Shown: positions 22,820 to 41,425 of the stretch, piece by piece
Layout of the letters: each line of letters opens with the position of its first letter
Numbering within the stretch: position 1 is the first letter of the stretch
Assembly (NCBI GenBank): GCA_038496445.1
Contig: JALMLS010000438.1
Location: 1 to 64,000, forward strand
Length of the DNA stretch: 64,000 nt
Direction: 5' to 3'
Origin: Trichosphaerium sp. ATCC 40318
Lineage: Eukaryota; Protista; Tubulinea
The notes under the pieces: generated by a model
The model's input: the letters and a program-made list of their open reading frames with translations, nothing else
Told to the model about the DNA's origin: nothing
The model's database searches: none
Program-made: the position numbers and the translations under genes

Positions 22820-25696
22820 ATGTCACAAACGTCTGGCTCATTTTCCGCTTCCAAAAGCAATATTTTCTTCTGCGTCAAACAACGGGAGTACAGATCACTG
22901 GAGGTATAGTTTTAACGCACGGACAAGATTAATAACGGTATTTAGCCTTCAAGGCAATTTTTGAGGCAGTATGGCAAGTCGTTACATCACATTCACACAA
23001 TGGACGTTGCTGATGACTTTATTGGACACAGAGTACGTGACGTTAACAAAGAAACTTGACACCACGCTTTTTTTAAAGTGGCTGCTTTGTTATCGTCTAC
23101 AAATCGTTAACGAACCCAATCAGTAGCAATTGTGATTAATGTGCTTCTTTTTTCAACCAATCAACATTGATAGGGATGTGTGAACACAATCGCGTTCAAC
23201 AAGGAAGGCGACTTGCTACTTACAGGTTCAGACGATCGTTCAGTAAAAGTATGGGATTTTTATTCACGAAAATGTCTCACGACGCTCTTGTACGCCTTCT
23301 CGATGCTCTTTAACCCAGAAGCATTCATTTTAACACCTTATTAGCGGTCACGTATCAAATGTCTTTGCAGGCGTATTCTTACCTTACAAAAACAACCAGT
23401 ACGCCACAAACGACGCGCAATATTTCGTAAAACGATACTTAGACAGCCTAAAAGAAATCATGCCGTTATTAACTTTTTTTCTGCAAGTACCCTTGAACTC
23501 ATTTTTTACCTACAGAGAGATCGTTTCAGCTGGAAATGATGCAGATATAAGACACTATGATATTATCCGTAAAACGTGTACAGTTTATAGACATCATGCC
23601 AAGAAGATTCTACGCGTTACTGTTAATCCACGTGGACCTACACAATTCTTAACGTGCTCATCAGATGGTAAGAAAAAAAACCGAAGTGCAACTTTTTCGA
23701 TTGTATTGGTCTTTTTGTGTCTTATTTTATACTGTAGGTACTATACGTATGTTCGATGTAAGGCAGAAATACTCTAATACTACATCCCATACTTTTTATG
23801 GTAGTGACAACGATGCACCAGAAACACAGGTTCTTCCACAGGTACGTATTTAATATTTTTTTTTAACATATGTATTTTTACTGTTTTTAGGCTTTTGGTG
23901 GTGGCCGTGCTTCGGCGTTTGAATCTCCTATGGACAGTCTATTATTAAACTATTCAAAGGATAGCAAGTTATTTTCGTAAGAGTCAGCTGTCTACCCAGT
24001 GAAAAATCAAAACAAATCGTCATCTTGAACTGAAGTTTTTTTTCTTTTCTTTTTTTTTTCTGCTAACGCTTTTACTTAGGCGACGGAACAATGATTTATT
24101 TTACGTGGATTTTCATCCTTTAGATGGTAACAGATTTATTGTTGCCAGTGCTAAAGGTATAATTTAATGATCTAACTAACTATCTTTTTTTTTTCATGAC
24201 TCTTTTCTTACCTGTTTGTAAGGCAATGTGCGACTCTTTGACCTACGTAAAATTATTGATAATGACCCTGGAAGATCCTATATAAACATATACAGAAACG
24301 TACCTGTCCATGAACCTAGTGATGAACCACCACCAAAATCTGCATCGTATGTTTATTTTTCTCAGTTCTCTTCTGTTTTAAACTCTTTTTCTTGTCTTTC
24401 CTTGACATACTGATGATTTATCTACTTAGATTTGAATGTACTGGGGCAGTGTTTAGTAAAGACGGTAAAGAAATTGTTGCAACAGCGTTGAATGATCATA
24501 TTTATGTTTTCGACACTGAGACAAATTATGAGAAAGAGTACGATGCTGATATGCTTTGTTCTTCTTTCCCTTATTTATTCTTCATTTAGTTGGGGACTGG
24601 ATTACTTTTCAAACCCTGTTATAATAAAAAGACCACCAAAGCCAGAGCATAGGTAATAAACGAGTTACAAAGTAGAAACGACGAAAAAAAAGTGAAGGCG
24701 CCAAATTTTTTTCTTTGTTTTTTCTTATACTTTATTCCGGAATTTCTTCTCTTCCTTGATACCTTTTTAACTTTTATTACTTGGTTTTGTATTTTAAAGG
24801 TATTTAATAAATATTCTATCATAGCCGCATAAAACGACGAAAGAAAAAGAGCTGCAAGACTGGTGACCATAAAAAAGTTCGAAAATCTTTGGCTGATGAT
24901 TCAATGAATACAAACAGTTCAACTCAAGAATCTTCATCACCTCAAACAGATAGTGAAGAATTTACAACGTAAGTATTGTTAAATGCAATAATAACCTTAT
25001 ACCACTAGCTTAAATTAACGATATTCCTTTTTAGGGCTTCTACTGGAAGTACTGAAGCTGAAGAGTACTTAACATATAAACAACAATACAAAGGACACTT
25101 CAGCATGAGCACCATAAAAGGCGTTAATTTTTATGGGCCTAATAGTGAGTTTGTTATGAGTGGTTCTGATGATGCTAAGATATTTATATGGGATAAAAAA
25201 TCCGGCGAATTGCTCACCATACTTGATGTAAGCGTGAACAACAAAACTTTTAACAGAAAAAAAGCCAAAAAATCCTTTTCCCGACCGTGACTCTACAGCT
25301 ATTTTTAAATTTTACTCAATCCTTTCATTACTTAAGTTTATATTATAAATTTATGGAGACATAACGTTTGAGACATTCAGTAGTGGTTGTGACGCTAACT
25401 TCTTTTGGAATTTTTTCTTGCTTTTTTATTAAAGTACTAATCGTTTTTTGTTTTACTAGGATCATGAGAGTGTTGTCAATTGTATAATAGGACATCCACA
25501 TGACCCTATGATAGTATCGTCAGGTATAGATGATGTTGCTAAAGTATGGGAGCCATTTGGAGACTACCCAACAGTTGATGAACTTCGAGAAAGAAAATAC
25601 ACATTCAATGCAATAGCTCAAGAGAACATTGCAGAGTATGATAGAGAAAGGAGATTTATGCATGTCACAGGTGATATTCCATGTAATACACAATAA
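22820..25696 (+). CDS. WD40 protein, DCAF8/DCAF6-like
   Basis: GHRGCVNTIAFN..GSDD, GHVSNVF, TIKGVNFYGPNSEFVMSGSDD, VVNCIIGHPHDPMIVSSGID. Confidence 0.85.
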
Positions 25697-25799
25697 ACAT
25701 AAAAAACCAAACAAGACACTGCACTTGAGGAATAGCCGTGAACTTGTTTTCTTAGCAGGTTTTTTATCCTAAAATGCCGTGCATATGAATTCACAAAGC

Positions 25800-26000
25800 T
25801 AGCAATTTCTAGTACAAATTCAACACCTTAGCTGTTATTGATAAGCGATTAGATATGCTGATAGTGTGTACTTCTGCCAATGACCAACAGTTCTAATGCA
25901 GATGTGCCTAGAGGCTATGACATCATAAACTACCGATTTCAGGTACTTCTATTAATCATCTCATTACTTGATGTCAAAATAGTTGTTATGAATACGTGAG
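25800..26000 (-). pseudogene. LRR-family remnant
   Basis: Decayed LAEVHTISIS-type repeat; a similar remnant (GINALAGVH) lies at ~13490-13580(+). Confidence 0.4.
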
Positions 26001-26176
26001 TGATGTAACTTACATGACTGGGAAATACACTTAAACATTTCGTCATTGCGGCAAAAGCCGAATATTATTGTGCAAGTTTTCTGTCATTTAGAGCGCTTTT
26101 TACAAAGATAGCTCGTAGCATGTGTTTGTAGTGTTTTTCTGCTTTTTTTGCGTCTCGCTCGCAACGCTCCTGAAAC

Positions 26177-29100
26177 ATTCACAACCCTCTAAGTTGAACT
26201 CCTGCCAACGGCTTGATACTTCTCTAATAGCAATCCGGGTACTAATAGACTGCTGGACTCTTTTCCATTGTAGGACGCAATTCTGTGATTCTATCACATC
26301 TTGTAGAGTTCACAGGTTCGCTTAGGTTAATATGCTATGAGTTTTTATGACTGACAAAATATTGTGACTTTTATAACCTTTAATATCGATGCGATGGGAA
26401 CTGTTCTCGTACCAATAATTTAAGAAACTGAGCCATCACGTGAAGTTTACTGACTTTTTCTTACATAAATGTTTAAACTTAATTAATATTTAAGCACGCG
26501 CAATAGAGGCTCTAGTGGAACTATTCTACATTTTGCTTTTATGATTCTGATACTACTAGTATTTATTCTTGGAAGTGCGTTAAACGACTTCTATTAAGCG
26601 GTTTTGATTTCTGGCACGTGTATCTAACTCGTACGCAGCGGTAACTGCGCAATTCTCGAATCCACAACTAAACACTTACTTGGAAACTTCTAACATTGTG
26701 GATGGTTCTTCTCTTTCTTTTAGTGATATAACCGACCCATATCTATCTACAGGATATTTAGACTCGCAACAATACTTTGTTTACGCAGTAGATTCCAGTA
26801 CGTCGTTGTTAAGTGTACAGCACTTTACAAGGTGCTTTTGGGCGTACTTTTCTCAAATTTCTAAAACGTTTTTTTTCCGTACTTGCGCACGTGTTCTTTG
26901 TATTTTTTATTATTGGACTAATATAAGCTCTAGGTATCAATGGCTCTGTAACTTCAGTTGTTGTACGGTTGTTTACACGTGAAGGTATGCTTGAATGCAA
27001 AAATCGAGAACTTGTTTACTAATAATCACAACTCAAGATCTTTTTGCTGGTGTTGCAACTTTTCCTCCAGTTATTATTTCTGAGGCTTCTGCCGTTGTCA
27101 TCCCTCCGTTTAATGGTTCTTTTATACTTGCTATATTTGTTGGTAGTTTCGAAATTAAGGCAACATCCATTAGTTTCAACGGCGGAGTACGTTTTCTTGT
27201 CTTTTTTTTTTTTTACTATTGCGAGAATCAAGAGCAAAGAGATGCTGTTTCAAAGTCCTGTACTCAATATTTTTAAGTTGTTTTAATAGGTTCTGGAGTT
27301 TATTGAACCTGTTTTACTTATGGCAAGAGGAATTGTGGACTACCAGGGCATACAAGGTTAGCCTTTCAAAATCTAGAAAAAGTTGTGTTTTTTTTTTCGT
27401 TCTTAACTATGACCTAGTTGCGGACTACTTTCTAATCAATGTGCTTATATCAACGCCAATGCCAAGCTTAAAAGATTTTATTATCACAAAGTTTACAAAA
27501 CAAGGCATTGAGACACCCTTTATTAGTATGTATACATGTTCTTAACAAGTTGAAGTTAACTTAATGGGTTGAAGTTAGCTAACTTAATTTTTTTTTTACA
27601 GGTTTCTCCAATGTAACTGCTGTTTCTTTGGTGAAAATAAGTGATGTTTGCTTGTTGTATGCTTCTTTAGAAGGCAATGTCGTTAGTTACACATCAATTC
27701 AAATAGTCAATGATGCGGCCTTGGTACCTAAAACCAGAAACTAAAAACTTTCTATCTTGAAAGCAATGCAGCTTCTACAGAGTTTATGACTTCTATGTAG
27801 CTTTCTACAGAACGATTTATTGATGTTCCACAGTCTCTTAGTAACGTAGAGGAAATACAACTTACTTACAACTCAGAGAAGAAACTTGTATTACTTCAGT
27901 TACAAGAAGTACCTCAGAAAGAAATGCTTCTCATTTTCAACTTTACCTCTTGTGCATCTAGTCTTGAGCCTGTTCACAATACAACTGTTGAAGGAGATCC
28001 ATCGTTTTTATTAATGACTGTTGTTCCTACAGATGAATCAAAGTATTCGTTCGTTACTCTCCGTGCTGTCAATGAAAACGTTTTATACAACACAGCATTT
28101 TCAGTATGATAATCAAAAAGATCTCTTTTTTTTTTTTTCTTTGTAATGTTTAACTTCTCAAAACTACATTAGGACTCTCCTCCAAGTGTATTAAATGAAG
28201 TAAGAAATGACAGTGCACATTCTTTAATAGTTCAGACGCAATCAGTATATGATGTTGAAGAATGTCAAGTAATTGTACGTTACACATACTTCATGTGTTA
28301 TTGAAAAACAAGAGTTTATAAAAATGAAAACCTTTACATTGAATCCCACCCTATTAAACGTGTTATCCCATTAGGCTCTTGCTTGGCAGGAAGATAATAC
28401 AATAGAAATTGCGTTTATTTCGAAGAACAGTTTAGTAGATTGTGCAAGTATGTCGTTATCTCCTTACTCACTTACAAGGTCACTAATAGTAAATAGTAGT
28501 TGTACCCACAATTGGCATACCTGATACAAGTCCGACAATTTCTTCATCAGTTTGAATGTTTTTAATTTTGTTTTAGTTGAATGTCAAGATGAGACTTGTT
28601 TACAATGTAATGACACTGATATTTGCGTATTTACAAGCGATGTAAACAATGCAAAGTCAATAACTATATCTAAACCTACTGTAATCAATGGACAGTTCAC
28701 AAACTCTGGTGATGTCGTTTTGATTTTTGATGAAGAAAAAAGCAGTACTGTTACTGTTTCAGGGTGCTTGACGTTACTACCTGGTAGTACATTTGTTGTT
28801 GATGTCACAGATGTTGATACATCTTCTGATAAGAGAATACAAGCTATCAATTCGCCTTGTATAAACGGAACTGTTGATGTGGTCAGTGATGAATGTGTTC
28901 AGACTCTGCAAGAAAGATCAAATATTGGGTACTAAGAAAACAATTTTTTTGCTGCTTTACCATTAACGTCTGGAACTAGCCTTGATATTTTAATATTAAC
29001 ATCTGAATGTGTAAGTAGTAATGTTGCTGCTATTGCTATAGGGACCACAGTTGGTATCGTTCTTGTACGATAGTTGTCACTTTTATCTTTTTCTTACTTT

Positions 29101-29302
29101 TTTCTGTTTTTCATAGGTAATTATTATTTTCTTATTGGTTGTTTTCTTTGTTCCAGCTTTAAGGAAAGCAATTGTACCTTGGACCTTACGAAAGGCCAAA
29201 GCCTGATAAACAAGCATGCTCTCAAAAGAAATGAAAAAAAGTCAACAATAACAAAGTTGTAGCTCACATCTTTTCAGTCTTTAATATGCTATTGTAGTTT
29301 CG
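26177..29302. repeat. Inverted segmental duplication, right arm
   Basis: Reverse complement of 10420-13476 with small indels, including a ~60-bp intronic insert near 28471-28531. Confidence 0.95.
26541..29206 (+). CDS. Multi-exon type-I membrane protein, copy B (shorter cytoplasmic tail)
   Basis: Paralog of 10467-13089; a small indel gives TGA at 29204-29206. Confidence 0.7.
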
Positions 29303-29424
29303 AATAAATCACGTGTTTTGGCACTTTTGTCTTCACTTTTTTTCAAGCACAACTGTGGCTCTAATCGGATTGTTTATTATTTGTTTCACTGTTACATCTC
29401 TGTGGAAATACTTAAGGTTAGAAA

Positions 29425-30518
29425 AGGTTATATCATTCAAGTTTGCTCTAAATTGTTGTAGACTTGACGTGGATTTAGTCTTTTCCGTCCGATCTTGTAG
29501 TTTTTAACAGATCTTGCAAGAACTAACTGAAGTTGCAAGATCTGTCAGATCTGACTAAACACGAAAACCAAAAGTCTCCAACAGCAAAAAGATACAAAGT
29601 TGCGACACCACGCGTTTTTAACCATTATTTTATTTTGTACATTAGCTGTTCTATGACGTATCTAAGGCCAGTTGTCCTAAACTCTAAAACGGATTATTAC
29701 GCTATGTTAATGCCGCACACTTAGCGCAAGATACTTGGAAGCGCTTGTAATTTTTTTTGAGGTTTTAACATTGTGTCACGTTTTCTACTCCTCTTTATGC
29801 CTGAATATGTGCCAGCATTCGCGCTTGTGCTAGTAAGTTAACAGCAAATCATTATTAATTCGTACCTGTTTTTATGGCTCCTTGGGGTAAGTAGTAATGA
29901 TAGTGCGCACCTAAGTAAAATACTGCGATCGTCTTGTTAGATGATGACTTTGGCACATTGCTTTTCGTCTTGCCTTAATGTACATAAGGAAGGCAAGCGT
30001 GGTACTTTATCACGAGTTATAGAATGTGATGCATTCATTGTACTGGTTCCACCAAGTTTTTATCAAAGCTGTCAGTTCTTGCAAGAACTATCAAAACTGA
30101 GATTTCGTGTTTTTTGATGCAAATGGCATTCAAGGTAATTATTACAAACTTTTTCGTATGTGGTCAGCAATATCTTACCACCACTAGATATGAATGATAC
30201 GCCACTCGGTGGCACACTTGTTGTGCTGCTAGATGGAAGTGGCACCTACATTACTGAAACAAACAGTGATGGTACAGGCGCTTACTCATTCGGTGCAGCA
30301 GATGGAATCCTACCATCAACACCATACATGATTTGTGTCGAAGTACCACTTCAAAACAATCCAACAGCCACTGGTCAAGGTGGAGACAATTCATCAAATC
30401 TGACAGAACTTGTAGGAACTCACAGAACTTACAAGATCTGTCAGTTTTGTTAGTTCTTGCAAGATCTTACACTTTGATACTTCTGCCAAACCTGCTGTAT
30501 ACTTGAATGATACGGACA
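29425..30518. mobile_element. TIR element copy 2 carrying a captured SdrD-B/Cna-B-like gene fragment
   Basis: Right TIR ACTTGAATGATACGGACA (30501-30518), decayed left TATCATTCAAGT, AGATCT subterminal repeats, internal similarity to 7140-7898; fragment at 30101-30394. Confidence 0.65.
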
Positions 30519-30721
30519 ATACAAACGACAAAAAAACCCAAATCTTACAATACCTGAACAATACGCGAGTGGCGGACTCAAAATGGAAGATATCTCATGT
30601 TGCTTGTATGTTGATAATACGTGTTAGGTAAAGGACTAGCGTTTATGGCTAGTGCCTAAAAAAAAGTCAAGTAGCTTCTATTTGTTTTTATTCTCGTAGC
30701 TAGTACGTTGACTGTTGTACA

Positions 30722-33624
30722 ATGTCATCAGTAGTACCCCTCGAACATGAACCCATTGTTACGCTATCATGGACACCATTTGATGACTACAAAGACGACA
30801 AAGGACACGTTAAAAAAGGAGCTGAAGATTACTTCCATCCACCGTTACTAAACAACCATAAAACACCATTTGATGATAACGTTGAGGTAATACGAGACCC
30901 CGTTCGTATACTTGATTTAAAACTGTTTAAAAAAAAACTTGTGCACGCGCTGTTACTCTAATTTGCGCACGTGTTTAACGTAGTTTACAAGGTTGATCAA
31001 ATAACACTTCAAAAATTTTCATCAGGTGAAAATTTAGACCAACCAGATCTTCTTGGTGAGAAAACAAAGCCACCATTAATAAGAGGTGGTAGTATACTAG
31101 CTCTAGGCGAAAAAGTTACGTCGTTCATAATAATGACTCAAGAAAACGGAGAAATTACCAAAACCGGCTCTTTTATTATATTATTAAATGTCAGTTTAGT
31201 TGGAAAAATCGGACTCTAGCGAATCAGAAGCTCCTGGTGGTAACCCATTTCTATCACCTACGTTCACTGTAAGCTTAATTTTTTGACATATCTGGATACT
31301 GTGTAATGGCTTATTTATATCTATTTTAGACGCCCGAAACAAGTGGTGGAGTAGTGTATGATCCAGATCAATGGGATTTCTTTTTAGACAATAGTAAAGA
31401 GCAAAAAAAAAAAGAACGAGAACAATCAAAGACTGCAACGCCAGTGTCACCTACAACAAAGAAAAAACCTCAAAAAGACACCAAAAAATCGCCTTAAGTC
31501 AGTACCCAAAGACCAAAAGAAGGAGACGATGCTGGTGATGGTAAGCGAATAAAAGTGTTGCCTTTTTTTTTATTCTTTTTTTCTTACTTCTTTCTTAGGA
31601 GTTCTTAAAATAACTATCATGGAAGGAAAGGGTTTTCCAGAAGGAAACCATAAAGTAATGGTACTGTTTTTAGCGTATTAATTTAATATATCTATAACCT
31701 TATTTTTTTAAAAGCTGTTCATTGCTGATAGCCCTTCACGTGGAAAAGTAAAATCTGACGTCGGATTTGGAACAGAACCTTCTTTTTTTAATTTATTTTT
31801 TGTTCATATATGGGATAAGAAGCATGAACGAGTACGCATTCAAGTACTGGTACGTTATACCCACAACCTTTTAAAAATAGTTTTAAATTAATACACATTT
31901 TTTAGGATGAGCATGATTCGATTCAATATATTTGTACTATTAATGCTAGAGGTCTATCACCTCAACAAAGAAGATCAATTTGGCTTCCTTTAGATTACAA
32001 CGGTGAAGAAACAGATGCTGAAATCCATGTCTCTGTAAAATGGTCTCCTAGGGAGCGACTTCCTTCTATTCCAAATGATAGAACACGAGTAAGGTAAAGG
32101 CGAGACTACAAAATATTGTGAAAATTTTTGGTTGTTTTGCTTTTGTATTTCTTAAAGTTCTCGCAGGCTTCGACCCCGTTTGGTTATCAAACTTGATAAA
32201 CATATTGTAAAAGCTGGAGAAAGTATTACTGGTAAAGTTAAACTACTGGTTGGTACCGCAATATATTATAAAAAGGGTATTTCTGTTAATCTTATGGGTC
32301 AGGTTAGTAATACGTTTTCATCTATCCAATGTTATAACTCATTCTCGGTGTAGGAGCACTTATCTTTTTATACACTAATTAGATCACAATCCACGGGATT
32401 AAAAGAGCATAGAGACTTTCTTCAAAAGTCCGTTGTGCTTGAAAGAAACTCATCAAAATCACCAAAAGTACGAACCTAAAAAAAAAAAAAACTCTTAAAG
32501 CGTTTTGTAGTTGTGGAAGGCTGGATACTATTCGTGGAATTTTAAGATGGATATACCTGTTGACACACCACCAGGATATGCAGCAAGATGTGGTTTTATC
32601 CGTTATGTCGTTACAGCTAGCGTTGACAGTGACCGTACACTGAGTTACAGTATGTCTTGTGATATTTTAGTATATGTTCCATAGCACTTACAAACTGACT
32701 GATTTCAGCGCTTCCTGTTCAAATACATACACCGTTTATATCTAAAATATCTCCAACAGATAAAAATCAAATAGCAAAGGTACGTATTAGCAACGTAAGC
32801 ACAAGAAAGCTGCATATTGTAAACGAAAAAAACAAGCTTGAATTTATGCAACCAATTTGCGTTTACTAATACTTCGAAGGAATCGTCACTGAGACATGTT
32901 ACAATCCGTATTGAACTAGAAAAGTGGATTCATACCTTGGGTACAAACTTGCCTTTAAAAGTGGTAAGTAGTGGTCAGTTAAAACACTTTCACCAGTTCA
33001 GCAGTACACGTGATTTTTTTTTGCATAACCTTTGAGCTAGATCGTAGACAACAGATCAAAACATGTTGTTGGTACCCTGAAAATAAGAATATTCGAACGA
33101 GTAAGCGTTATTACTACAAGTGGAACATTCGTTGTAAGCAAACGTGTACTTGTTTCAAGATTGCTTAGAGCAGTTTGTGGTATCGGCAAGACGTAAGTTG
33201 AAAAAGCTTCTTTCCATTTTTTTTTCCATAAAACTTGACTTTTACGATGACCTCTGAAGGCTGTATTACCAATAATCAGTACTTTTATGTCATGTTAGTA
33301 AAACTCAAATGTAGGTAGAGTATTTAAAACTGTTTGAGATATTGTCAGGCTGCATCACATGTGAACTCACTTCTGTCTTTTTTATAGATCTGAACGAGAA
33401 TTTAATGTATTGCTTCCTAAAAAATACAACCAGCAATCTATCATGCAATCTATGGGATCTAAGCACTTTAGAGTAGACCACTATATTCTAATAAAGAGTG
33501 GTAAAGATGCAGTAGTTCGTAAACACAAGCAGGTAATTAAAAAAACTCAAAAAAAAAAAGCCAACTTTTCACCTAACTTTTTATGTTCAAGGTTTTGCAA
33601 GTTCCTTTAGTACTTGTACATTAA
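30722..33624 (+). CDS. C2-domain + arrestin-fold protein
   Basis: C2 (GVLKITIMEGKGF..IWLPLD..EIHVSVKW); arrestin-N (AGESITGKVKL..GYYSWNFKMDIPVDTPPGY..GFIRYVVTASV); arrestin-C exons. Confidence 0.75.
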
Positions 33625-33942
33625 AATAATTCACTTGAATTCATTACTTACTATTCTATTTTTAACTGATAATGCATTCAAAACGTCTTTGTTGTGCTCA
33701 CACAAAATAAAAAAACCAATAGTTCAAAAAGTTTGCACTTTTTTTGCAATCAGTGATCATTCCAGCTTGTACAAGCGCACCTAAGACTATGAGGAAATCA
33801 TGTAAAAATGGAGTTGATTATTAAGAATGGTTACCATATTGTATCATGACTGTTTTAGGGAACCATCCGACTATATTAAAGATTCATCTGACATCATATC
33901 TATTGTTCTAAGACGTCCGAAATGACAAATGAATCAACACGC

Positions 33943-34340
33943 CTATATTCTTTCCACTGTATAATACACAAAGTGCTGGCAAAGCAACATTGGTACAATT
34001 GCAAGCTGCAGCATTAACAATGTAGGGAACAGTAAATCAAATAACAGACCCAGAAATATAGTGACAACAGTTCCCCAAGTTGTACAGTCATAAAACCAAG
34101 CTGAAACTGCTGTTGAAAAAGATACGAGTCCACCTATAGAAGCTATTGCCCTAGGATAGCTTCCAACCACCATATGTGTTCTTTGGTATGTTTCAAACAG
34201 TCTGTTTGCTAGGGAAACTACCAACGCTCCCAGCATTGTGCCTTTTAGCAAAGGTGTTAGGTGGGACCTTTTTAAGTGTTATTGCGTTAGTACTCACCAC
34301 AATACGATGCGTAATACCCTAATATGCTCACAATAGGTGT
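33943..34340 (-). CDS. Hypothetical small multi-pass membrane protein (possibly pseudogene)
   Basis: Hydrophobic 102-aa ORF plus a short upstream exon; no clean start found. Confidence 0.3.
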
Positions 34341-34722
34341 AATTAGGCTTAGATATAATATAACTAGAATCATTTGTCACAGTGAAGCTGTTGTTCGCTA
34401 TTACAACTATATTTAGCCAAATGAGAATACTGTTGACCTAATACACCATTAATCACTGAAGGCTCTTTGTTGAGTGCGCATATTGTACGACATGTTTTAC
34501 TTTGTTTGAACACCAAGCTGGTCGCCCCAACTGTGTTTGTTTTTCACCTTGGATTCATGTTCTTGTCATTTGTCTACGCAATTACCTGCTGGATGTTGAA
34601 TGTACTAGAGAAACTAATACAGTGCATATTCGTTATCATTGCATGATTGTTAAAGAATATTTAGGTAATGAAGGACGATTTGGTACTTTATTTGCTTAAA
34701 ACAATACTTTTCATATCTATCT

Positions 34723-36541
34723 TTAGTTAACACGTGATGCATAGTCATCGGCTATGCAATTTGCCCAACTCTTAACACCACTGAATACTTGGCGACCTTG
34801 AAGATAGAAAAAGTCAGAAAGGCTATGTCTGTTGGAGGAAGCAAAAAAAAAGGAGAACATATGAGATAAGTACCTGCGATAGGTATGTTTGATGGAGGTT
34901 GAACAAAACTTCCAGATTCCTCAATAGTGTATGAGAACTTTACACCTTGTGGATCATAAACCCAATCAGTTGTAATACCACTTGCTTGATAAATAACCTA
35001 TTTCAAAAAAATTATGAACATAAAAAATCACGTGACCTTTTCCTTCACAAAAGATAAAAAAAAAAAAGAATGTGATTGAGTTTTTATGTCATTGTTCTTG
35101 TGAGACACAAGAGTATTAATGTCGGGCGAGATTGGTCGAGCACTTTCACTTTAATTGTCTGACTTTAAAATTATCGTACTTGGCAGACAGTTCCTTGGCG
35201 CCACACTTCGCCACCTGCATCAACAATACCTTGTACACCAGCTATTTTTATGAATTAGGAGTTTAAACGTTTTATGTTTTGTAGTCGTGCCTCTTCCACA
35301 CTTGTTCAATGCGTCATTGTCAGGAGGGTAAGCATTACAATCATATCCCCAAGGGTGCATCCACATCTAAAGGTAACATTTAAAACTCCTCCATAAAACC
35401 ACAAGAAAACGAAGAAGAAAACTGAAACGTACGTTGCCGCAACAATGAATGTCGATGTATCCGACTAGAGATGATCCTAAGCCTATTGCGTAATCTCTGA
35501 TTGCTTGCGCTTCGTCTTCTGAAAACGGTGAAGGTCCTCTATACGATCCAGATGAAGGACTTCCTGAACTTCCACCACCGCCGAAACCTTTAGCAAAATT
35601 TCTGTTTAAATCTACGCCACGTGCTGTGCTTCCTGCGTTCACACGTCTGAGCAAAAATTAGTCTACAGTCTGTCTTACAAACCACACCTGTTCTTTCTCC
35701 ACATTCTATCGTTAGTCCAGCAATAATCGAAACCGTCTGGGTTAGTAATAGGAGCAATGTGCCTAAAACGTTGATGGTTAAACAAAAATTGAAAAAAAAG
35801 ATCAAGGTCTTGTTACCATGTAAACTTTTGGAGCAAATCTGCGTTTTCTGGTCTCAATAATTGATCAATTATCCAGTTAGAAGTAGTGGTTGTGATCCAC
35901 TCTCTTGCATGAATAGTACCAATCAAGAAGATGTCAAGAGGACCTGTTCCAAGTACAACAACATTTATAGCTCTTCCTTCCAGGCTCTTGCCAAATTCTT
36001 TAACTTGAACGCCTTCCAACCCATTAATCCACGCGTCAACCGCACGTTGATCTCTGTAATCGTCGAAAAAGTCTGCGTCTGGTTTTGGATTGGCCTTGGC
36101 ACGTGAGTTCCAAAAAAAAAACAATTAAAAATAAAATTGTACCAAACGGTTTTGTTCTTCATCAAATAGCTCTTGAACGTTATCTATTATGATTCTGGTA
36201 TCTTTTGGTAACGCCAGAACATCTTTAACGCTTTCTGGTGGTACCTAAAGCAAAGTAAATTGACCTCTATTTGGAACTTTCTAATGATACGAATGAAGCT
36301 CAAAAAATGTATGTGACAATAAACATAACAAACATCGTACCACAATGCTAACGGTTTTCAAAACACGATCTTTACCCCACACTGTACCTCCAAACTTCTC
36401 AGAAAATTCATAAGCGTCATCGGTCTCAGTGTAATTGGCAATAGAAATAACTTTCCAATTATCATAGCGAACACGTGCGCAAAAAGCTGAAGATAGCAAA
36501 ACAACTAACAGCACTAGAAGTGCCTTCGATGTAGAGAACAT
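34723..36541 (-). CDS. Secreted zinc carboxypeptidase, family M14A, with prodomain
   Basis: Signal peptide; IHAREW, NPDG, MWRKN, GVDLNRNF, YRGPSPFSE, IDIH, SYTIE motifs. Confidence 0.9.
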
Positions 36542-36948
36542 TTCGGTGCTGATTTGCTCCCGGTCTATCTTGGTCGTTGGTAAAAATGTTATCTGTAAGC
36601 GAGTGTACTTAACACATCAAGCGAGCGTGTTCTATAAGGCACATTGCGCTTTGATCTTATGGATCATAACAGCGAAAAAGCTTGGCTCGGGTTAGTCTAG
36701 GATTGTGTTGGAACCTTTATCTACTGCGTGTACGTACACATTATGTCACTTTCAAACATGCCAAGCGGAGAACTAACCGTATGTACAACCATGAAGTATT
36801 TACGTGCACTTCAAAAAAAAGCAACAATCTCGTATAACGTGGTAAGTGTTATTTATATCAAACATATTTATTTAGTACAAGCTCATACATTAACAAAAGC
36901 TGTGTTTAGTGCGTACAATGACCTATCTGCTTTTTTGGGGCTTACATT

Positions 36949-41425
<4,477 letters not shown>

